Virus record (IMG/VR): IMGVR_UViG_3300010885_025649
Location: 62,001-126,000 of that record
DNA length: 64,000 nucleotides
Direction: 5' to 3' (one strand)
Shown piece after piece: positions 45,671-54,684 of the stretch; positions within the stretch are counted from its first letter, which is position 1; each line of letters opens with the position of its first letter. Under the pieces are notes generated by a model, which saw only the letters and a list, made by a program, of their open reading frames with translations, did no database searches and was not told the origin of the DNA. Made by a program: the position numbers and the translations under genes.

Positions 45671-46288
45671 TTAAAAGCTCTTACCATCTCTATATCTTTG
45701 TCTTCTACTATGTCTACCATTGCCCACATTTAAAGCTTTATAGGTTGATGTTAATGAGTGACAATTAGGACATAATAAAGTTAAGTTAGAGAGATCATTA
45801 TTAGTACTATTACCATCTATATGTTCTAGTTCAATAGGCACTTTACCACTAGTAGGATTAACTTCACACCATCCACACCTTTGGCATTTATTACCAAGTT
45901 GTAGGATGAGGTACTTTCTAATTGTCTCATTGCACATAATTTTAGTATTATCTGCAGGATTATTAATCTTAGCTATACCTTTATTTAAATTACTTAGCTT
46001 ATAACACTCCACACCACAATACTTACTTGCCTGTCTAGGTTTAGGTTTAGAACAGACCGGACATAAACCAGGATCTTGACCATGTTTTCTTACACCATTA
46101 TTATTAATTGTAGCTGCACATGATCTATTACAGAACTTATTATGTCTTTGCTCATATGTAAGAGCACCGTCACAATTCTTACAAAGAGTAGGATTAAGAT
46201 TATATAAATCTATCCTTTCCTGTTTTTGTCTAGTGGAGGTCTCTTTTGATTTAGCCGCACCTAGTTTACCCGCTTCCGAGTGATTCAT
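45671..46288 (-). CDS. HNH homing endonuclease downstream of tRNA-Thr
   Basis: KFCNRSCAATINN; CQRCGW…PIELEHIDGNSTNNDLSNLTLLCPNCHS; start MNHSEAG at 46288. Confidence 0.9.
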   Translation of the reverse strand: MNHSEAGKLGAAKSKETSTRQKQERIDLYNLNPTLCKNCDGALTYEQRHNKFCNRSCAATINNNGVRKHGQDPGLCPVCSKPKPRQASKYCGVECYKLSNLNKGIAKINNPADNTKIMCNETIRKYLILQLGNKCQRCGWCEVNPTSGKVPIELEHIDGNSTNNDLSNLTLLCPNCHSLTSTYKALNVGNGRHSRRQRYRDGKSF

Positions 46289-46356
46289 AATAATTATACC
46301 TTTGAACTGTAATACTATACTCTTTAAGTATACATCACAGTTCAAAGATAATCAAG

Positions 46357-46429
46357 AGCCGCGAATCGAGACTTGCACCGATAACCTAATAATTACAAAT
46401 TATTTGCGCTACTATTGCGCCACCGCGGC
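46357..46429 (-). tRNA. tRNA-Thr(TGT)
   Basis: GCCGCGG/TCGCGGC; AATAA-TTTGTAA-TTATT; T-loop TGCAAGT with a bulged T-stem. Confidence 0.8.
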
Positions 46430-46460
46430 GTATATAATTATTACTATTATAACACATTAA

Positions 46461-46769
46461 TTAATAAACATGAACCACTTCATCTGCCTGATTCTGCTTA
46501 GCCAATTCCTGTTCAACAATCCGATCCACATTAGCTAAAGCGGCCTGTAGATATGGATCATTATTACAAGGACACGCTTCTGGAAAGCGGCAACCCAATT
46601 CAGGATTGCACGTAGTACAAGTGGAGTTGGTGACTTCTTCAACCTTAGGAAGTACAGTAGGAGCAAGCTTTACTCCATACTTCTGCAGGTATGCCAAGAA
46701 GTCTTCTTGATCAGGGGCATGACCTAAATGAAACACATGCTCACCAACCGTAACCTTAAACACACTCAT
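46461..46769 (-). CDS. Hypothetical protein with Cys-rich C-terminal module
   Basis: CTTCNPELGCRFPEAC…ALANVD…ELAKQNQADEVV. Confidence 0.55.
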   Translation of the reverse strand: MSVFKVTVGEHVFHLGHAPDQEDFLAYLQKYGVKLAPTVLPKVEEVTNSTCTTCNPELGCRFPEACPCNNDPYLQAALANVDRIVEQELAKQNQADEVVHVY

Positions 46770-46780
46770 GAAGAACTCCT

Positions 46781-46954
46781 TTAAGGATTGTAAGTAACAA
46801 CTTCGTCAGCACAATTCTGCTTAGCTAATTCAGCTTTAACATGCTTATCCACATTAGCCAGCGCTTTTTGAAAGTGGGTGTTCTTGTGATAAATACAAGC
46901 AGAAGGCCACATACAACCTTGTGCAGGGGAACATAATCTACATTGCCAATCCAT
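46781..46954 (-). CDS. 57-aa Cys-rich paralog of the neighbouring C-terminal module
   Basis: MDWQCRLCSPAQGCMWPSAC…ALANVDKHVKAELAKQNCADEVV; GAGG RBS; below the ORF-track cut-off. Confidence 0.6.
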   Translation of the reverse strand: MDWQCRLCSPAQGCMWPSACIYHKNTHFQKALANVDKHVKAELAKQNCADEVVTYNP

Positions 46955-46968
46955 AACCTCTTGTATAT

Positions 46969-47256
46969 CTATAGATTGATCTGGATACTGTTAGAAATGT
47001 TCCAGACTTGTAACTTCTCAATTCGGATTGAGTCGTAGGGAGGAAGATCAACCTGCCATAAGTTAGTTCCTGGAACTTCTACCAGCCAAGGCTCTGTCAT
47101 GATCTTAAGAAAGTTAATCCAATAGACCATACCACGCCCTCTAAAGCTTGGCTCATCTGCCATTTCCTCTAATACTTTAATCACATCTTCCTTAGTAGGA
47201 AAGGAAGTAAAGCATAAAGAAAGTCGCCAAAGACGAATCACATAAACCTCAGGCAT
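46969..47256 (-). CDS. Hypothetical protein
   Basis: ORF. Confidence 0.45.
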   Translation of the reverse strand: MPEVYVIRLWRLSLCFTSFPTKEDVIKVLEEMADEPSFRGRGMVYWINFLKIMTEPWLVEVPGTNLWQVDLPPYDSIRIEKLQVWNISNSIQINL

Positions 47257-47661
47257 TGTTAAAAGTCTTCTCTGTTAGTAATCTTGCCTGTTGTTTTAGA
47301 ATAGTAAGTGGATAGTCACTATTAATATCTACTTGAACAGAGGGTAATTCTCCCCATAAATCTAAACTCATACTTTAATCCTCCACTTGAATCTTATCTG
47401 TAATTACCAACCAACTCACGACGCCAATAACCAAACCAAGTAACCCCAACCAGAGACCTTGCATAGATTACTTCCAAGAGTTGTTATCAAACATCGCATC
47501 AAGCCAGAACCAAAGCGCTCATCCAATACCAATTATAAACTCTATAAATAAAGCTATTAATGCTATAGGAATAGTTAGTAATAAAACTAAACAGGCCAAC
47601 CCAACTTTAAGAAATAACCATAAGCCTAGTAAGAAAGCGAGCACACTAAGTAGAGTTGTTA

Positions 47662-47967
47662 TCATGCTATCTCCGCTTGAGGAATCATAATATCTGACTC
47701 ATATAACATAAATTCTATAGGCAGAACTTGCTGGTCATCATCAAATCTTTGAATGAAGTTAATAGCATCTGCAGGAAGTTTGATTCTAAGTTCCTCAGTA
47801 AATGATAAGGCAATAACTAGAAGATTATGATGAACATTAACCTTATAAATTGCTGGCACAAGCTTCTGGATTGCTAAGGATATAGGACACCTACCACAAT
47901 CATTCTTAATTCCTTCACGAATCTCTTCAGCAACTTTAACATGAAGTGGAAATGGAATGGTTATCAT
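47662..47967 (-). CDS. Hypothetical protein (GIK.D…CPI.LAI motif)
   Basis: AGGAG RBS. Confidence 0.55.
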   Translation of the reverse strand: MITIPFPLHVKVAEEIREGIKNDCGRCPISLAIQKLVPAIYKVNVHHNLLVIALSFTEELRIKLPADAINFIQRFDDDQQVLPIEFMLYESDIMIPQAEIA

Positions 47968-47982
47968 GACGAACTCCTGAGG

Positions 47983-48309
47983 TTAATCAACCAAAGTAAA
48001 CCTTTCAACCTTAACAACTAAATCTGGTTTAGGATCTTTAAATACAGGATAGAATCTAGCAGCTTGTTGAAAGTATTGTTCTTTAGTATCAAAGCCATTA
48101 GCTTGTACTTCTTCTAAAGTAATATCTGCAAATAGCTTTGTATAAGCATTAGAGATAACTACATCTAGTTCTGGATTAGCTGATTGAAGATCTTTAACTA
48201 TAGCCGGTCCTACAAATAATGCTTCATGAGTATCAGGAGAAATCTTAGCAGTTTTACGCCGCGTTAAAACTCTATTATACATTTCAGTATCAACAACAAT
48301 CACAGACAT
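47983..48309 (-). CDS. ASCH/PUA-like domain protein
   Basis: RRKTAKI…FADITLEEVQANGF…YP…VERF pattern. Confidence 0.6.
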   Translation of the reverse strand: MSVIVVDTEMYNRVLTRRKTAKISPDTHEALFVGPAIVKDLQSANPELDVVISNAYTKLFADITLEEVQANGFDTKEQYFQQAARFYPVFKDPKPDLVVKVERFTLVD

Positions 48310-48384
48310 AGTAAATCCTTTGAGAATATAAAATGATATTCAGTTTTAGCCGAGCATGATATTATCCTAGCATATAGGAGGATA

Positions 48385-48470
48385 AAGCCGCCATAAATGG
48401 CGGGGCTTGCACCCATTCCCAAGGGTTATAAGAACCTCCGAAGAAAGGTGTGGTTGAATTAGTCTCTAGC
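48385..48470 (+). mobile_element. Orphan IS200/IS605 end / omegaRNA 5' fragment
   Basis: GCCGCCATAAATGGCGGGGCTTGCA…GTTGAATTAGTCTCTAG parallels the IsrB omegaRNA start; no ORF follows. Confidence 0.45.
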
Positions 48471-48483
48471 TTGAGCAAGTTCA

Positions 48484-48792
48484 TCAGGTGATAATATTGT
48501 ATTCACTTTGACTTCTACCTACTCGGGATTGTGCACTAAAGAGCCATTTAATCCGAGGTGCAACATAACGATCAGTTGATTTAACATTCTTAGGATTTAA
48601 GGGAAGATACTGTATAGTAACATCCCAACCACTTATCATTCTTTTAGTAAAATCTATAACATCTTCAGGATAAACATTAGTAATAACTGTTATTGGATTA
48701 CTTCCCCAATAAGCAAGTAATTGTGTATTAATTTCTGCTGCTAATTTCTTACTATTCTCTGTTAAAACTTCAAGCGGCGTTAATACTGCCAT
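48484..48792 (-). CDS. Hypothetical protein
   Basis: AAGGA RBS. Confidence 0.5.
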   Translation of the reverse strand: MAVLTPLEVLTENSKKLAAEINTQLLAYWGSNPITVITNVYPEDVIDFTKRMISGWDVTIQYLPLNPKNVKSTDRYVAPRIKWLFSAQSRVGRSQSEYNIIT

Positions 48793-48813
48793 AATAAATT
48801 CCTTATATATTAA

Positions 48814-49239
48814 TTAATTATCTGGATAAAAATCTTCTACTATAACTTCTTCTCTATTATTTCTAGTAATCTTTGTTTGATGGGAATCATCAAACATAAT
48901 CTCTATAATGTCTTTATTATCTGCTAAAAAACTACAAAGGTCATTTAATATATTACCATCCTCATCAAATATAACAGGTTCATCTCCGTAAAGACTTTGT
49001 TCTACTACAGTATCGTCATCAGAAGTTACTTCAAAGATAACATCATAGATACCAAAAAGACATCTACTTCCATCATTAAAATAAGGAACTCCTCCTTGCC
49101 AACCAATAGAAATAACCTGAGGATTCTCATCAAAGATCTTATTAAGTTCGGCTCTTAATTCAACTTTAAATCTATCTAGCTTTAACTTTAAACTATTAAT
49201 ATGTTCTTCTACTTGATCTACTGCTGTATTAATATTCAT
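48814..49239 (-). CDS. Conserved phage protein (W..Y.PYFNDG..C.F type)
   Basis: IGWQGGVPYFNDGSRCLFGI; paralog of 49229-49612. Confidence 0.6.
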   Translation of the reverse strand: MNINTAVDQVEEHINSLKLKLDRFKVELRAELNKIFDENPQVISIGWQGGVPYFNDGSRCLFGIYDVIFEVTSDDDTVVEQSLYGDEPVIFDEDGNILNDLCSFLADNKDIIEIMFDDSHQTKITRNNREEVIVEDFYPDN

Positions 49240-49612
49240 TATATTCTTCTATAGTAATTTCATCAGGGGTTGCCCGATTAATAATTGCGCTATGATTCTC
49301 TCCACAAAGCATTTGTAGGATTCCTGAATTAGCATATAGGAAGTTTTCCAGATCATATAATAATGGTTGAATAAGATTCTTATAATCCGTAACCTCTAAA
49401 TAATAAGGATCAGGTATCATTTCCATAGAATATATTGCAAAGCTACAAACCTCTCCATCACAATAGCTGGGAGTATAACCCTGCCATGTAATGCCGGTAA
49501 CCTGTTCACTTTGATCAAATATCTTAGTAACTAATTCTTTAAAGGTAAATTTAAATGTATTTACTTGTTCTTTTATATTTTCTATTTGAGTATCAGTATT
49601 AATTATATTCAT
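49229..49612 (-). CDS. Conserved phage protein, paralog of 48814-49239
   Basis: ITWQGYTPSYCDGEVCSFAI. Confidence 0.6.
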   Translation of the reverse strand: MNIINTDTQIENIKEQVNTFKFTFKELVTKIFDQSEQVTGITWQGYTPSYCDGEVCSFAIYSMEMIPDPYYLEVTDYKNLIQPLLYDLENFLYANSGILQMLCGENHSAIINRATPDEITIEEYNEY

Positions 49613-49613
49613 A

Positions 49614-49964
49614 TTAATCCTTAAGGCTAACTGTACGAGAACGAATAATAGGTTGCCCCATCCAAGATTCCAATGGCATAAGATCTAACCATTGACTCAG
49701 AGTAGGAATACATCCCAAATCATCTAAGATATGTTGTTCAGCTACATCTCTAGGAGAATATACTTTATTATCAGAATTAATTCTAGTTACTCCAAAAGCT
49801 AATTCAACTAAATAGCAACCAATAGAATGATGTGTAACTGCACGATGGCGCATATCAGGATGACCGGCTTTAGAGAAGTCTAAGAAGTCATGTATATCTT
49901 GGTAGTCTTCTGATTTACCACCGAACTTCTTAACTGAAATATCTGCATGAATAAAAGGTTTCAT
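49614..49964 (-). CDS. DUF6915-like His-rich phage protein
   Basis: MKPFIHA.ISVKKFGG…IHDFLD.SK…RHRAVTHHS…AEQHILDDLG. Confidence 0.65.
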   Translation of the reverse strand: MKPFIHADISVKKFGGKSEDYQDIHDFLDFSKAGHPDMRHRAVTHHSIGCYLVELAFGVTRINSDNKVYSPRDVAEQHILDDLGCIPTLSQWLDLMPLESWMGQPIIRSRTVSLKD

Positions 49965-50001
49965 TTGTTTTATGTAGCTGCTAAAAGTTTCTTAAACATA
50001 T

Positions 50002-50247
50002 TTATCCTTTGTTATCGTTTATCTTAGTTAACTTACTAATTGTAGTCTGGGGGGCATTTTGTAATATGGTATCAGCCAAACAATCCGGACAAGTAAAATA
50101 AGCTTTTGGAATTCCCTTATCATAAAACGTCGGCTCAAAGTAATCTGCCTGAACGTCTTCTATATCCAAATCCCAGACAGCTTTACAATTATCACAAGTA
50201 ACATCCCGCCGCCAGGAAATATCCCCGGGGGTAATTCTGATAGCCAT
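50002..50247 (-). CDS. Zn-ribbon small protein
   Basis: CDNC…CPDC. Confidence 0.55.
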   Translation of the reverse strand: MAIRITPGDISWRRDVTCDNCKAVWDLDIEDVQADYFEPTFYDKGIPKAYFTCPDCLADTILQNAPQTTISKLTKINDNKG

Positions 50248-50294
50248 TGTTGAGTCCTCTGTTATGGTTTCAAACCTGTGGTTATTAATTTTAA

Positions 50295-50374
50295 TAGGAG
50301 TGAAGAGACTTGAACTCTTAAGCCGAAGCGGCGGAGCTTAAATCCGCTGTGTTTCCCAATTTCACCACACTCCC
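50295..50374 (-). tRNA. tRNA-Leu(TAA), intron-less
   Basis: GGGAGTG/CACTCCT-A; GCGGA-TTTAAGC-TCCGC; V-arm; T-arm. Confidence 0.9.
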
Positions 50375-50482
50375 ATATCCAACACTCAAGTCCTCCAGAG
50401 ACTTGCGGGAACGAGCTGCCCCTCATAGCCACCCATAGGGCAACATACAGCTCGCTCCAGCAAATCCCCTGAACCTAAGTTA

Positions 50483-51040
50483 TCATTCTCTAAATAATTC
50501 AAATCCATTAGCTTCATATTCTACAATATCATATTCGGGAAATCTGCTGACTAAAGCATCCAGAATAATAAAAGTATAAGGTCTAAAGATTGGATCATTA
50601 GGAAGATAATCTTTTAATTCATGAGCTTTATATTGAAAAGCTAATTGATTAGGACTCATATCATCTGTTTCTCTGATATAAACCTGAGTTAAGATCTGAG
50701 TTTCATCAACTCGAATAGTCATCTGGCCTTTAATAACTCTACCAATACTAACTAGAATTAACTTATTAAATATAGTTGATTCAATAGAAGCTAATTGTAC
50801 AGCAAGACTGTTAGGATAATACCAAGTATCAAGTAGTTTATCAATAGCAGTAACTAGCTTAGTATATAAAGCTCGTTGTGATTCGGTATCAGCTACACCA
50901 AGATTAGCATCATACACATCACGATGTTGTTCTAATGCAATTAAATCTTCAGCAGTATAATTTCCACTACCGGCTCTCCGAAGGATAGGAGACATATCTA
51001 CAGCACCATACTGATACAGGAAGTTTAGGAAGTCTTGCAT
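50483..51040 (-). CDS. Hypothetical protein
   Basis: AGGAG RBS. Confidence 0.55.
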   Translation of the reverse strand: MQDFLNFLYQYGAVDMSPILRRAGSGNYTAEDLIALEQHRDVYDANLGVADTESQRALYTKLVTAIDKLLDTWYYPNSLAVQLASIESTIFNKLILVSIGRVIKGQMTIRVDETQILTQVYIRETDDMSPNQLAFQYKAHELKDYLPNDPIFRPYTFIILDALVSRFPEYDIVEYEANGFELFRE

Positions 51041-51070
51041 GAAGTCTCCTTTGGAGTTTGATTAAAAGGA

Positions 51071-51406
51071 TTAGTTGATAATACTTTGTACAGATTGTTC
51101 AGATTTAGTTTTGCTCTCTGCGATTTCGTCAAGTACATATTGTGCCATCTTTATTAAACGTCTGTTGATATTATTATTAGCCATGCTCTTCAAAGGGTTA
51201 CGCGAATATAATTTACAGTCGGGATCAATCATTTCACTCTTTCTAAAACTAATAAACTGTTTGATTGCTTCTACAGAAACCTTATCCAATCGATTATCCA
51301 AAGCATTAAAGAAGGCTTCTGCAGTCTCTTCATACTCACAGTTGGCTATGAGTAAATTGTAATCAATGAACATCTTATATTTCCAAAAAGGGGTGGGAGT
51401 AGCCAA
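51071..51406 (-). CDS. Hypothetical protein
   Basis: ORF. Confidence 0.45.
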   Translation of the reverse strand: MATPTPFWKYKMFIDYNLLIANCEYEETAEAFFNALDNRLDKVSVEAIKQFISFRKSEMIDPDCKLYSRNPLKSMANNNINRRLIKMAQYVLDEIAESKTKSEQSVQSIIN

Positions 51407-51477
51407 GTTACTGCCTCGTAACTTGGCCGATAATTATAATATATATATAATATATTGTTTGCTTTAATTCAGTACAT

Positions 51478-51723
51478 CTAATACTTACCAGCTTTGGATA
51501 CTATAGCAGCCCAATCACAGTTGGAATGTGGCCAATGATAACAAGCAAACAACCGATGAATAACATATTGACCTTCTTTGATAAGAGCTTCTCTAAAATC
51601 GTAACTATCATCAGAATACCTTTCATTATCTAAAAGGGTATTTAATTGTGCTTCAGTTGCAGCAATAGGTTGCATAATTACTTCAGGTAATGCCTCTATC
51701 AAATTAGCAATTACATCACTCAT
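51478..51723 (-). CDS. Hypothetical protein
   Basis: GGAGA RBS. Confidence 0.45.
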   Translation of the reverse strand: MSDVIANLIEALPEVIMQPIAATEAQLNTLLDNERYSDDSYDFREALIKEGQYVIHRLFACYHWPHSNCDWAAIVSKAGKY

Positions 51724-51740
51724 CTAATTTCTCCAAGTGG

Positions 51741-51938
51741 TTAACGAAGTCTACATCGCATATCTTGTGCAGCATCTCTAGGATCAGAACTATTACGCAA
51801 GATATCCAGTTCAGTAATAAAGCGACTAGACATATTAGTTCCATCTATAACAGATAAAACACCAGGAATATCTTTAATATCCACTGCAGCAATTGCATCT
51901 GCTATAAAGAATAGCAAAGACCTTTCTATTTCAGTCAT
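51741..51938 (-). CDS. Hypothetical protein
   Basis: AGGAG RBS. Confidence 0.45.
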   Translation of the reverse strand: MTEIERSLLFFIADAIAAVDIKDIPGVLSVIDGTNMSSRFITELDILRNSSDPRDAAQDMRCRLR

Positions 51939-52064
51939 AAGAACTCCTAAGGTTTTATATCATATGAACTACCTGACCCTAAGTGCAAGCACTATAATGA
52001 TTATGAACTTGGGCAAACCGCTCACAAACTTTTAATGGTGATTGATCAAAAACTGGATACATCA

Positions 52065-52337
52065 TCATGATTGCACATCAACTCCACTATTAAACTTCTC
52101 TACAACTTCTAGAATTATTTCTTCAGACATGCCATAAACATCCTTTAGAACTTTAAGCTGATTACCTATTTGTTCTTCAGAAGAAGTAGCCAAAATTCTT
52201 TGCAGAAACCTTATACCAAGTTCTTCCAGAGTAAACTTAGAAGTCTCTTCTGCTCTAATACCCTGAAGATCAGTAGGAGATGAATCTAGAAAGTATTCCA
52301 TGTAATTATCCTTTAAGTAGTTTCCCAGTAATCCCAA
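52065..52337 (-). CDS. Hypothetical protein
   Basis: ORF; start uncertain. Confidence 0.4.
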   Translation of the reverse strand: MGLLGNYLKDNYMEYFLDSSPTDLQGIRAEETSKFTLEELGIRFLQRILATSSEEQIGNQLKVLKDVYGMSEEIILEVVEKFNSGVDVQS

Positions 52338-52750
52338 ATACCTGTAACCCTTTTATACACCGTGGTATTGGGAATATAATTAGGATCATTAAAGATTATA
52401 TTAGGATCTTGTCCATCCAAATATAAAGCCGCCGCAGCAATAGCTGCTGATCTACTTATACCTGCCTCACAATTAACTAATAAATAATCTACAGTATCTT
52501 TATGGCAATTAATAAAAGCTCTAATAAGTAAAGCTTGTTCTTTAGTAATTGCTTTGAGATATGTACCTATATCTTCTGTAATATCATCAAAGCGTAATTT
52601 AAGTACACCTTTACACTTAGAACTTTGATCAGGAGTTAATGCAAATCCGGCATCATAGTTATCTTCATGCCCTGTAATACTGATCACAATATATGAATTA
52701 TTATCCATAGGTTCATCAGCAAGTAGTCGGCTACTAATTCTTACTTTCAT
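52313..52750 (-). CDS. Cys-based (PTP/DSP-like) phosphatase
   Basis: LRFDD…VNCEAGISRSAAIA…PN. Confidence 0.85.
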   Translation of the reverse strand: MKVRISSRLLADEPMDNNSYIVISITGHEDNYDAGFALTPDQSSKCKGVLKLRFDDITEDIGTYLKAITKEQALLIRAFINCHKDTVDYLLVNCEAGISRSAAIAAAALYLDGQDPNIIFNDPNYIPNTTVYKRVTGIWDYWETT

Positions 52751-52770
52751 TCACTTATCCTGTATGTAAC

Positions 52771-52846
52771 TGGAACATATGAGAATCGAACTCATCTGAA
52801 ATTCTGATTGCAAGTCAGACGACCACTCCTAGCAGTCCCATGCCCC
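52771..52846 (-). tRNA. tRNA-Ala(TGC)
   Basis: G3-U70; TCTGA-CTTGCAA-TCAGA; A73. Confidence 0.88.
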
Positions 52847-52863
52847 AAAGTTAAATTAATCTA

Positions 52864-52949
52864 CGGGGAGCTGGTAGAATCGAACTCCAAGCGCTTCCGC
52901 GCTCCATCCGCTTTCAAGGCGGTGCAGATCCCAGATCTGATAACTCCCC
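52864..52949 (-). tRNA. tRNA-Ser(TGA) with long D-stem and bulged T-stem
   Basis: GGGGAGT/GCTCCCC-G73; D-stem CAGATC/GATCTG; ACCGC-CTTGAAA-GCGG; V-arm. Confidence 0.8.
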
Positions 52950-52958
52950 AATCACCAA

Positions 52959-53047
52959 AGGAAAGCCTGGGATTCGAACCCAGGGGAGCCTCTCGGCCCC
53001 GACACTTTAGTAGAATGTTGCAATCGGCCATGCTCTGCCAGCTTTCC
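52959..53047 (-). tRNA. tRNA-Ser-type body with ACT anticodon
   Basis: GGAAAGC/GCTTTCC; ACATT-CTACTAA-AGTGT; long V-arm. Confidence 0.8.
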
Positions 53048-53330
53048 CTATACTTTTATTATAACATATCTTTACAGCGCTGTTGAATCTCAGAATCTAA
53101 AAGAATTTAATTCTTCCTGACTAACACCTATCAACTCTTGTTCAATTAATAAACTTAATTTATTCATAAGACCTCCTAAGGTTTGATCTCTTGTAAGTAT
53201 TGAACAGCACGCATAATAGTACAACCTAATATAGCTTTTAATTGTATAGCCGCTTCTAAAACATTCATTGATCACCTATAGTTTGTGTAATTGGAGAGCG
53301 GTGTACTTTGGTAGGTGAGCCGCTTTCCTT

Positions 53331-53375
53331 TACCTCTTTATTATACCAAGAGTCTCTTGGTATAATAAAGAGGTA
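53331..53375. repeat. Perfect 22-bp inverted repeat containing two divergent TATAAT boxes
   Basis: TACCTCTTTATTATACCAAGAG-T-CTCTTGGTATAATAAAGAGGTA. Confidence 0.9.
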
Positions 53376-53394
53376 GTCATTCAAGTCTTGCTCC

Positions 53395-54657
53395 GTGCGT
53401 CTTACTCACCAGTACCGAATTAAGCCCTCACCAGAACAGGAAGCCTTGATGCTTCACTGGCTAGAGCTTTTACGTCAGCACTGGAATTATGCACTAGGTC
53501 AGCGTTTGGACTACCTACGTCGTACCCGTAGCCCGATTGACCGTTGTTCCTTGCGTAGTTGCCCGATTGGTGAGATTCCGGAACGACCCAACTACTACAC
53601 TCAGGCTAGAGACCTAAAGCAAACCAAGGCTCTATTCCCCGAGTACAAGGATATTTACCTAGAGGTGCAGCAACAGAACCTCATCCGCTTGGATAAGGCT
53701 TGGGATAGGTGGACTAAACCTGATGCCACAGGGAAGAGAGCAGGACGACCCCAGTTCAAGAAAACTGATGAGCTTCGTTCTTTTACTTTCCCCCGTGTGA
53801 ACTGCCCTAAAGCCGGGGTGCATCTCTTAGGTGAGGTGATAAAGTTCTCTAAAATCGGTGTGATGCCCGTTATCCTGCATCGTCCGATTCCTGAAGGGTT
53901 TGTCATCAAGACCGCTACGGTGGTTCACAAAGTAGACGGTTGGTTTGTTTCTCTGAGCCTGGAAGATACGAGCATCCCCGCTCCAATGCCCTGTGAGGAG
54001 GTCAAGACAGCAGTAGGTGTGGATGTTGGGCTAAAGGAGTTCCTTACTACTTCTGAGGGTGATGCAGTTGCGATACAGCACATCTACCGCAAGGCTCAGA
54101 AGCGTTTAGCCCGTCAGCAGCGCAAGTTAGCCCGTCAACAAAAGGGGAGCAAGAATGCAGTAAAGCAGAAGAAACGGGTAGCCCTGGTACATCAACGCAT
54201 CCAAAGACAGCGTGAGAACTTCCACTACAACACGGCGCATGACTTGTGCAGCAAGTACGACTTGATAGCGGTGGAAGACCTGAACATCAAGGGTTTGGCT
54301 AGAACCCGGCTAGCTAAGTCAATCCTAGATGCAGCTTGGGGAGCGTTCCTACAAAAACTAGAAGCAGTGGCGGTAAAACGCGGCAAGCTAGTCATAAAAG
54401 TCAATCCTTGGGGAACAAGTCAGGATTGCTCGGAGTGTGGGACAAAGGTTCCTAAGACCCTCAGCATCCGTACTCATGAATGTCCGAAGTGTGGGCTAGA
54501 GTTAGACCGGGATGTGAATGCAGCTCGGAATATCCTAGAACGTGCGCTATGCACCGTGGGACTCACGGTGTCAGCCTGTGGAGGCTTAGGGGTTGCCCAG
54601 CCAATGAAGCAGGAAGTCTCTCTAGTGATAGGGAGAAGCCCCCGCCAGACCCGTTAG
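53395..54657 (+). CDS. tnpB: RNA-guided endonuclease TnpB
   Basis: HTH_OrfB start YRIKPSPEQ; GVDVGLK; AVEDL; CSECG…CPKCG; DRDVNAARN. Confidence 0.95.
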   Translation: MRLTHQYRIKPSPEQEALMLHWLELLRQHWNYALGQRLDYLRRTRSPIDRCSLRSCPIGEIPERPNYYTQARDLKQTKALFPEYKDIYLEVQQQNLIRLDKAWDRWTKPDATGKRAGRPQFKKTDELRSFTFPRVNCPKAGVHLLGEVIKFSKIGVMPVILHRPIPEGFVIKTATVVHKVDGWFVSLSLEDTSIPAPMPCEEVKTAVGVDVGLKEFLTTSEGDAVAIQHIYRKAQKRLARQQRKLARQQKGSKNAVKQKKRVALVHQRIQRQRENFHYNTAHDLCSKYDLIAVEDLNIKGLARTRLAKSILDAAWGAFLQKLEAVAVKRGKLVIKVNPWGTSQDCSECGTKVPKTLSIRTHECPKCGLELDRDVNAARNILERALCTVGLTVSACGGLGVAQPMKQEVSLVIGRSPRQTR

Positions 54658-54684
54658 GATTGGCGGTGGGAGCACGTCATAAGT

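Larger units (their letters stand above)
53331..54679 (+). mobile_element. IS200/IS605-family TnpB-only element
   Basis: Right end AGAAGCCCCCGCC…GGCGGTGGGAGCACGTCA; about 50% GC; left boundary uncertain. Confidence 0.75.

Noticed and set aside
52864-52949. tRNA-Sec (6-bp D-stem, long V-arm)
   Set aside because: The anticodon is TGA (Ser), not TCA, and the acceptor is 7 bp.
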